DNA of 32,000 nucleotides, taken from contig JAQVTI010000004.1 in assembly GCA_028700115.1 (NCBI GenBank), positions 25,585 to 57,584 on the forward strand, in the 5' to 3' direction. Below the pieces are notes generated by a model. It did not search any database. It had not been told where the DNA came from and saw nothing but the letters and a program-made list of their open reading frames with translations. Source of the stretch: Candidatus Iainarchaeum sp. GTDB taxonomy: Archaea > Iainarchaeota > Iainarchaeia > Iainarchaeales > CSSED10-239. Of this stretch, positions 27,647 to 32,000 are shown in pieces (position 1 is the first letter of the stretch; every line of letters begins with the position of its first letter). The position numbers and the translations under genes are program-made.

Positions 27647-28798
27647 ATGAAATTAGAATTAATTGATTATATTAAATCAGAACGAAAGAAAAAAGTTGAA
27701 GATAAATATATTAAACAAGCTTTATATAATTATGGTTTTACGAAAAAAGAAATTGAAGATTCATTTAAATATATAAAAATAGAAGAAAGTAAATTATTAT
27801 TTAATTTAAAAAGTTCTTTTTCTAAAAATAACAATATAAAAAAAGATAATAATTCTAATTTAAAAGATAAAAATGATACTAAAATACAATTAGATAATAA
27901 TATTCAAAGTAATTTAAAAAAATCTAAATCTAAAAATCTAAAAAGAGAGAAAGATATTAAAATAGATAATAATTATTTAAAATTTAATAAAGATTCTTAT
28001 AGTATAAAATTTTTTTTAGTTTTATTGATTATTATAATTTTTGGGGTTTTATTATATTTTATTTTTATAAAAGAATTATTTCTATTTAATTCTTTAGAAA
28101 AAAATAGTAATTTTGAAATAGAATATATAAATTCATTTAATGATAATGTTTTTGTTTCTGGAAATATTAAAATAAGATCTTTAATAAATAGTTATGATTT
28201 TAATTATTCTGAAAAAATTATTTTAAAAAATATTTCTGAAACAGAATTTAAAAAATATTTTAAAGAATATTTAGAATTAAATATTTATTCTCAACCAATT
28301 ATTATTACAAAATATAATTCGGATTATAGGGATATTTTTAATATTTCAAAAAAGGATGAAAATATAGATTTTTTTAATAAAACTTATGAATTTAATGAAA
28401 TATTATATTCTTTAAAAGAAAAAGGTTTTGAAAAAGAAATTGAATTCATTTTAGATTCTAAAAATTTATTAAATAATTATCATTATTTATTAGAAATAGA
28501 ATATAATAATGTTATTTATAAAATTATTGAAATTATATTAAATAAAAATAATACTCTTTATATTAAAACTTATGATTTAAGAGGATATACAAAAAGTAAA
28601 GAATTAAATAGTTTTCAAGTTGTGGATTATGTTTTAAAAAATACAAATATATTAGATAGTTTGTTATTTAATATTACAAATATTGGAGAAGATTTTTGTG
28701 TAGATTTAGATGAAATTACATGTAAATCTAAAATTGGTTGTTTTCCAGAATATGAATTTGATATTTATGGAAATATGACTTATATTAATTGTAGATAA
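27647..28798 (+). CDS. Hypothetical single-pass membrane protein of cluster B
   Basis: ~120-aa Lys/Asn-rich cytoplasmic-like region, TM FFLVLLIIIIFGVLLYFIFI, then ~240-aa exterior-like domain with four Cys near the C-terminus (DFCVDLDEITCKSKIGCFPEYEFDIYGNMTYINCR). Confidence 0.6.
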   Translation: MKLELIDYIKSERKKKVEDKYIKQALYNYGFTKKEIEDSFKYIKIEESKLLFNLKSSFSKNNNIKKDNNSNLKDKNDTKIQLDNNIQSNLKKSKSKNLKREKDIKIDNNYLKFNKDSYSIKFFLVLLIIIIFGVLLYFIFIKELFLFNSLEKNSNFEIEYINSFNDNVFVSGNIKIRSLINSYDFNYSEKIILKNISETEFKKYFKEYLELNIYSQPIIITKYNSDYRDIFNISKKDENIDFFNKTYEFNEILYSLKEKGFEKEIEFILDSKNLLNNYHYLLEIEYNNVIYKIIEIILNKNNTLYIKTYDLRGYTKSKELNSFQVVDYVLKNTNILDSLLFNITNIGEDFCVDLDEITCKSKIGCFPEYEFDIYGNMTYINCR

Positions 28799-28840
28799 TG
28801 TATTTATTTTAAAAAATATGATTTTTTATAGGTTAAAAAT

Positions 28841-29578
28841 ATGTTAGATTTTTCTTTTTTAAAAAAGCAAAAAAAAATAATTTTTCAATTTATAATTTCT
28901 TTTTTTATAATCTTTTTTATGTATCTTTGTTTTTCAATTTATTATGATTTTTTTAATATAAATTTTATAATATATATATTTTTTGCAACATTTTTAATGT
29001 TTTTTTCAATAAAATATTTTATAAAAAAAATAAAAGAACATAGTTATAATCAAAAAATAATTTCAGAAATTCCATTTTTTTTGATAAATATTTCTAATGA
29101 TTTAGAAAGAAATTTATCTTTAAAAACATGTCTTGAAAATAGAAGTGATAATACTATTATTGGTAAAAAAATTAGAACTGCATTAAATCTAGTTAAAAAT
29201 TATGGATTTACTTTAAATCAAGCATTATTAAAAGTTTCAAAAGAAAGTAAAGATTTAAGTGTTGTTTTTTATCAATTAGAAGATGTTTTTTCACTTGGGG
29301 GTAAAGATAGAGTTAGTTCTTTAAGAATTTTATGTGATTCTTTTATTGAAAAGCAAATGAATAATTTTAGAAGTTCTTCTTCTAAAATTAATTTTTTATC
29401 ATTAATATTTATTGTTTGTTCTGCAATTGTTCCTGCAATATTTTTGATTTTTACACTTGTAGGAAGTAATTTTTTAGCAATGTCTTTTAGTGCTTTTACA
29501 ATTATATTTTTTACTGTAATTATTTTTCCATTAATAGATATGTTTATTCTTTTGATTATGAAATCAAAATTTGTTTAG
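28841..29578 (+). CDS. ArlJ/TadC-like (T2SF) membrane protein, first copy of cluster B
   Basis: SEIPFFLINISNDLERNLSLKTCLENRSDNTIIGKKIRTALNLVKNYGFTLNQALLKVSKESKDLSVVFYQLEDVFSLGGKDRVSSLRILCDSFIEKQMNNF followed by a TM pair. Confidence 0.7.
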   Translation: MLDFSFLKKQKKIIFQFIISFFIIFFMYLCFSIYYDFFNINFIIYIFFATFLMFFSIKYFIKKIKEHSYNQKIISEIPFFLINISNDLERNLSLKTCLENRSDNTIIGKKIRTALNLVKNYGFTLNQALLKVSKESKDLSVVFYQLEDVFSLGGKDRVSSLRILCDSFIEKQMNNFRSSSSKINFLSLIFIVCSAIVPAIFLIFTLVGSNFLAMSFSAFTIIFFTVIIFPLIDMFILLIMKSKFV

Positions 29579-29694
29579 ATTATAAAAATTTATTATAGGG
29601 TGATTTTATAAAAAAAATAAGTTTATTAAAGTTTTTTCAAAATATATTTTTTTATAAGACTAATTTAAATAGAAAGTTATATATTTTAGATTTT

Positions 29695-30513
29695 ATGATT
29701 TATTTTAAAGAACTAATTTTATTTATTTTATTTTCTCTTATTTTATTTTCTATTTTATTTTTTTTAAATATAAATATATTTTTAATATTAATAATTTTAT
29801 TTTGTTTATTTTTTGCATATATTATTTTAAAAGATATTTTTATAAAATATTTAAATGTTTTGAAAACAACTAAATTAGAAGAAGAATTAATTTTAGAATT
29901 ATTAAGGCTTTCATCATTACCTAAAGTAAATGATTTAAAGTTTATTATAGAAAAGTTAAGTAAATCAGATACTAAAATTTTGTCAAAAGAATTTATTTTA
30001 ATTTCTTCTAAAATTAAAAAAGGGCATTTAGCATCTTCTTCTTTAGATTTAATTAAGAATAAATATCATTCTAGATTTATTTCTAATTTTATAGATTTAT
30101 TAGAATTAATTGTAAAATCAGGAACTGTATCTATAAAAGATTTTAGAAATTTAGCAAATAATTTTTTAAAATCAAAAGAAATTATAAATGAACGAAAATC
30201 TATTCTCTTAATGCAAAAATATACTATTATTTTTGCAGGAGGAATAATTGTCCCAGCAATATTAGGTATTGTTGTTTCTTTAGTTTCAAAACTTTCTTCT
30301 TCTTTAGATATTACATTATTAGGGCTTAGTTCTAATTTAAATTTATATAATGTAAGTTATTATTGTTCAATTATATATATTATAGAATATATTATTATTT
30401 CTTCAATATATTTATCTTTTTTAGAAGATAATTCTAAAAAATTTGTAGTATATCTAGTTTTATTTTTACCAGTAAGTATTTTAATCTTTTTTACTCTTAA
30501 ATATTTAATTTAA
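29695..30513 (+). CDS. ArlJ/TadC-like (T2SF) membrane protein, second copy of cluster B (frame open upstream to at least 29599)
   Basis: EEELILELLRLSSLPKVNDLKFIIEKLSKSDTKILSKEFILISSKIKKGHLASSSLDLI...SKEIINERKSILLMQKYTIIFAGGIIVPAILGIV. Confidence 0.7.
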   Translation: MIYFKELILFILFSLILFSILFFLNINIFLILIILFCLFFAYIILKDIFIKYLNVLKTTKLEEELILELLRLSSLPKVNDLKFIIEKLSKSDTKILSKEFILISSKIKKGHLASSSLDLIKNKYHSRFISNFIDLLELIVKSGTVSIKDFRNLANNFLKSKEIINERKSILLMQKYTIIFAGGIIVPAILGIVVSLVSKLSSSLDITLLGLSSNLNLYNVSYYCSIIYIIEYIIISSIYLSFLEDNSKKFVVYLVLFLPVSILIFFTLKYLI

Positions 30514-30551
30514 TTTTTAGAATTAATATTTAATTTTTATAGTGACAAAAT

Positions 30552-31151
30552 ATGATTGAAGAAATATTACTCTTTTTTGATTTTTTTTTATCAAATATAA
30601 ATTATTTTAGTATTTTTTTTTTAATGTTAATTGAAAGTTCATTTATCCCATTTCCATCAGAATTAATTATGATACCTGCAGGATATCTTGCATTTAAAGG
30701 GAATTTAAATATATTTTTAGTAATTTTTTTTGGGATATTAGGATCTATTATTGGGGCTTTAATAAATTATTTTATTGGTAAATTTTTAGGGATCCATTTT
30801 ATTTTAAAAAAGAAAAAATTTTTATTTATAAATTTTAAAACTTTAAATAAATCTGAAATTTTTTTTAGAAAATATGGGAACATTACAACTTTTATAGGTA
30901 GATTAATACCTGCTGTTAGGCAATATATTTCTGTTCCTGCTGGTATTTTTAAAATGAATATTTCTAAATTTATATTGTATACTTTTTTTGGTTCTTTTAT
31001 ATGGAATGTATTTTTAGTTATTTTAGGTTTTTTTATAGGAGAAAGTATTTCTGCATCTATTATAAATATTTATAATCTTGTAATTTTAATTGTTTTAGGA
31101 ATTGTAATATTATTTGTATTTATTTTTTATATTTTTAAAAATAAAAGATAG
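30552..31151 (+). CDS. DedA/SNARE-associated family membrane protein
   Basis: LMLIESSFIPFPSELIMIPAGYLA, LGSIIGALINYFIGKFLG, FFRKYGNITTFIGRLIPAVRQYISVPAGIFKMNISKFILYTFFGSFIWNVFLVILGFFIG. Confidence 0.9.
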   Translation: MIEEILLFFDFFLSNINYFSIFFLMLIESSFIPFPSELIMIPAGYLAFKGNLNIFLVIFFGILGSIIGALINYFIGKFLGIHFILKKKKFLFINFKTLNKSEIFFRKYGNITTFIGRLIPAVRQYISVPAGIFKMNISKFILYTFFGSFIWNVFLVILGFFIGESISASIINIYNLVILIVLGIVILFVFIFYIFKNKR

Positions 31152-31233
31152 TTTAAGACATCTATTTTTAAATGTTTTTGTATAAATATTTATTTATTAT
31201 ATATCTAGTTTTTAAAGTTTAATTTAACTTTTT

Positions 31234-31305
31234 GCCCTAGTAGTCTATCGGTTAGGATGCGACCCTGTCAAGGTCGCGGGACGGGTCCGACTCCCGTCTA
31301 GGGCG
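31234..31305 (+). tRNA. tRNA-Asp (GTC)
   Basis: GCCCTAG...CTAGGGC acceptor; CGACC-CTGTCAA-GGTCG anticodon arm; ACGGG-TCCGACT-CCCGT T arm; discriminator G, no encoded CCA. Confidence 0.96.
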
Positions 31306-31425
31306 CTTTTTTTAATATTTTTATAAATACCTTTAAATACTTTTATCTACTTTAATATTTATAGTTAAAGCAATTTCTTTTTAATAATTTTAAAAATTAA
31401 ATGTTTTATCTGTTTAATGTATTTT

Positions 31426-31508
31426 GCAGAGGTGGCGGAGTGGTCAAACGCACTAGCCTGCTAAGCTAGAGTCTTTGGACTACACGGGTTCGAATCCCGT
31501 CCTCTGCG
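31426..31508 (+). tRNA. tRNA-Ser (GCT)
   Basis: GCAGAGG...CCTCTGC acceptor; CTAGC-CTGCTAA-GCTAG anticodon arm; long variable arm (AGTCTTTGGACT); ACGGG-TTCGAAT-CCCGT T arm; discriminator G. Confidence 0.96.
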
Positions 31509-31528
31509 TAACCGGTTTCGCTCGGTTA

Positions 31529-32000
31529 ATGCGCAATGGTTGTAAGCAGTTGACACCCAATGGTAAGCAGTTTGCTGTAAGTAGCTTTAAACAGTGGCTT
31601 TATAACAAAAAGTTTGTAAAAGACTATGAAGTTGGATTAATTAACAAATTATCCTTATTATTTGTAAAAGAGCAAAAACATACGTATACTTTTTCTGAGC
31701 TATCTGATATAATTAAAATAAAATTAGAACAGATAAATGAAGACAAATATCTTAATAGATTAGTAAGACAGATCTTAAATTATTTGTTAGAAAGTGATAT
31801 TGTATCTGATAATGATGTGTCTTATATTAAAAAGAAATTAAAAACTAAGCAATATAATGCTGATAACTATGTACCTACAGACACTGAAATACAGAAAAAT
31901 CTTTCAAAGTTAACTACAAATAATAGATTAGTGTCATTAGTGTCATTAGTGTCGGGTGTAAGGAAGGTAGAATTGAACTATTTGATAAAGAACTTAAATA
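31529..32000 (+). CDS. Partial hypothetical protein running off the right edge
   Basis: Uninterrupted frame from ATG 31529: MRNGCKQLTPNGKQFAVSSFKQWLYNKKFVKDYEVGLINKLSLLFVKEQKHTYTFSELSDIIKIKLEQINEDKYLNRLVRQIL... (157 codons, no stop). Not in the supplied track. Confidence 0.6.
   Translation, partial: MRNGCKQLTPNGKQFAVSSFKQWLYNKKFVKDYEVGLINKLSLLFVKEQKHTYTFSELSDIIKIKLEQINEDKYLNRLVRQILNYLLESDIVSDNDVSYIKKKLKTKQYNADNYVPTDTEIQKNLSKLTTNNRLVSLVSLVSGVRKVELNYLIKNLN

Overview
AT-rich archaeal window that looks like a DPANN lineage (Pace/Woese/Nanoarchaeota-like); this placement is inferred from gene content and GGTGA-type ribosome-binding sites. Housekeeping content includes a beta-CASP/MBL nuclease cut by the left edge, an ADP-forming acyl-CoA synthetase beta-like ATP-grasp protein, PHP hydrolase, cis-prenyltransferase (UppS), ribosomal protein L10e/uL16, a Trm11/Trm-G10-like methyltransferase, NDK, a PRPP-synthetase-like protein, DedA, tRNA-Asp(GTC) and tRNA-Ser(GCT). 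The most interesting content is two archaellum/type-IV-pilus-like export clusters. Cluster A (3.9-17.7 kb) encodes a type-A24 prepilin-peptidase-like protein and a 943-aa ArlI/VirB11-fold protein. In that protein the Walker A, Walker B and His-box regions all look degenerate, and it carries a ~500-aa low-complexity N-terminus. Two ArlJ/TadC-like membrane proteins, a DUF192 protein and three tandem surface proteins follow. Each surface protein starts with an archaeal class III-type pilin signal, and the three carry LamG domains, a predicted 7-bladed propeller nested inside a LamG, or ~19 BspA-like 25-aa repeats. Cluster B (25.8-30.5 kb) encodes an intact TadA/VirB11 ATPase fused to an N-terminal poly-[4Fe-4S] ferredoxin-like domain, a single-pass membrane protein and two more ArlJ/TadC-like proteins. 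Other leads are two candidate structured ncRNAs, a 61-bp tandem duplication, a second probable pseudoenzyme (PRPP synthetase-like) and a compositional shift just after tRNA-Ser. All homology calls come from motif recognition by eye, with no database search.
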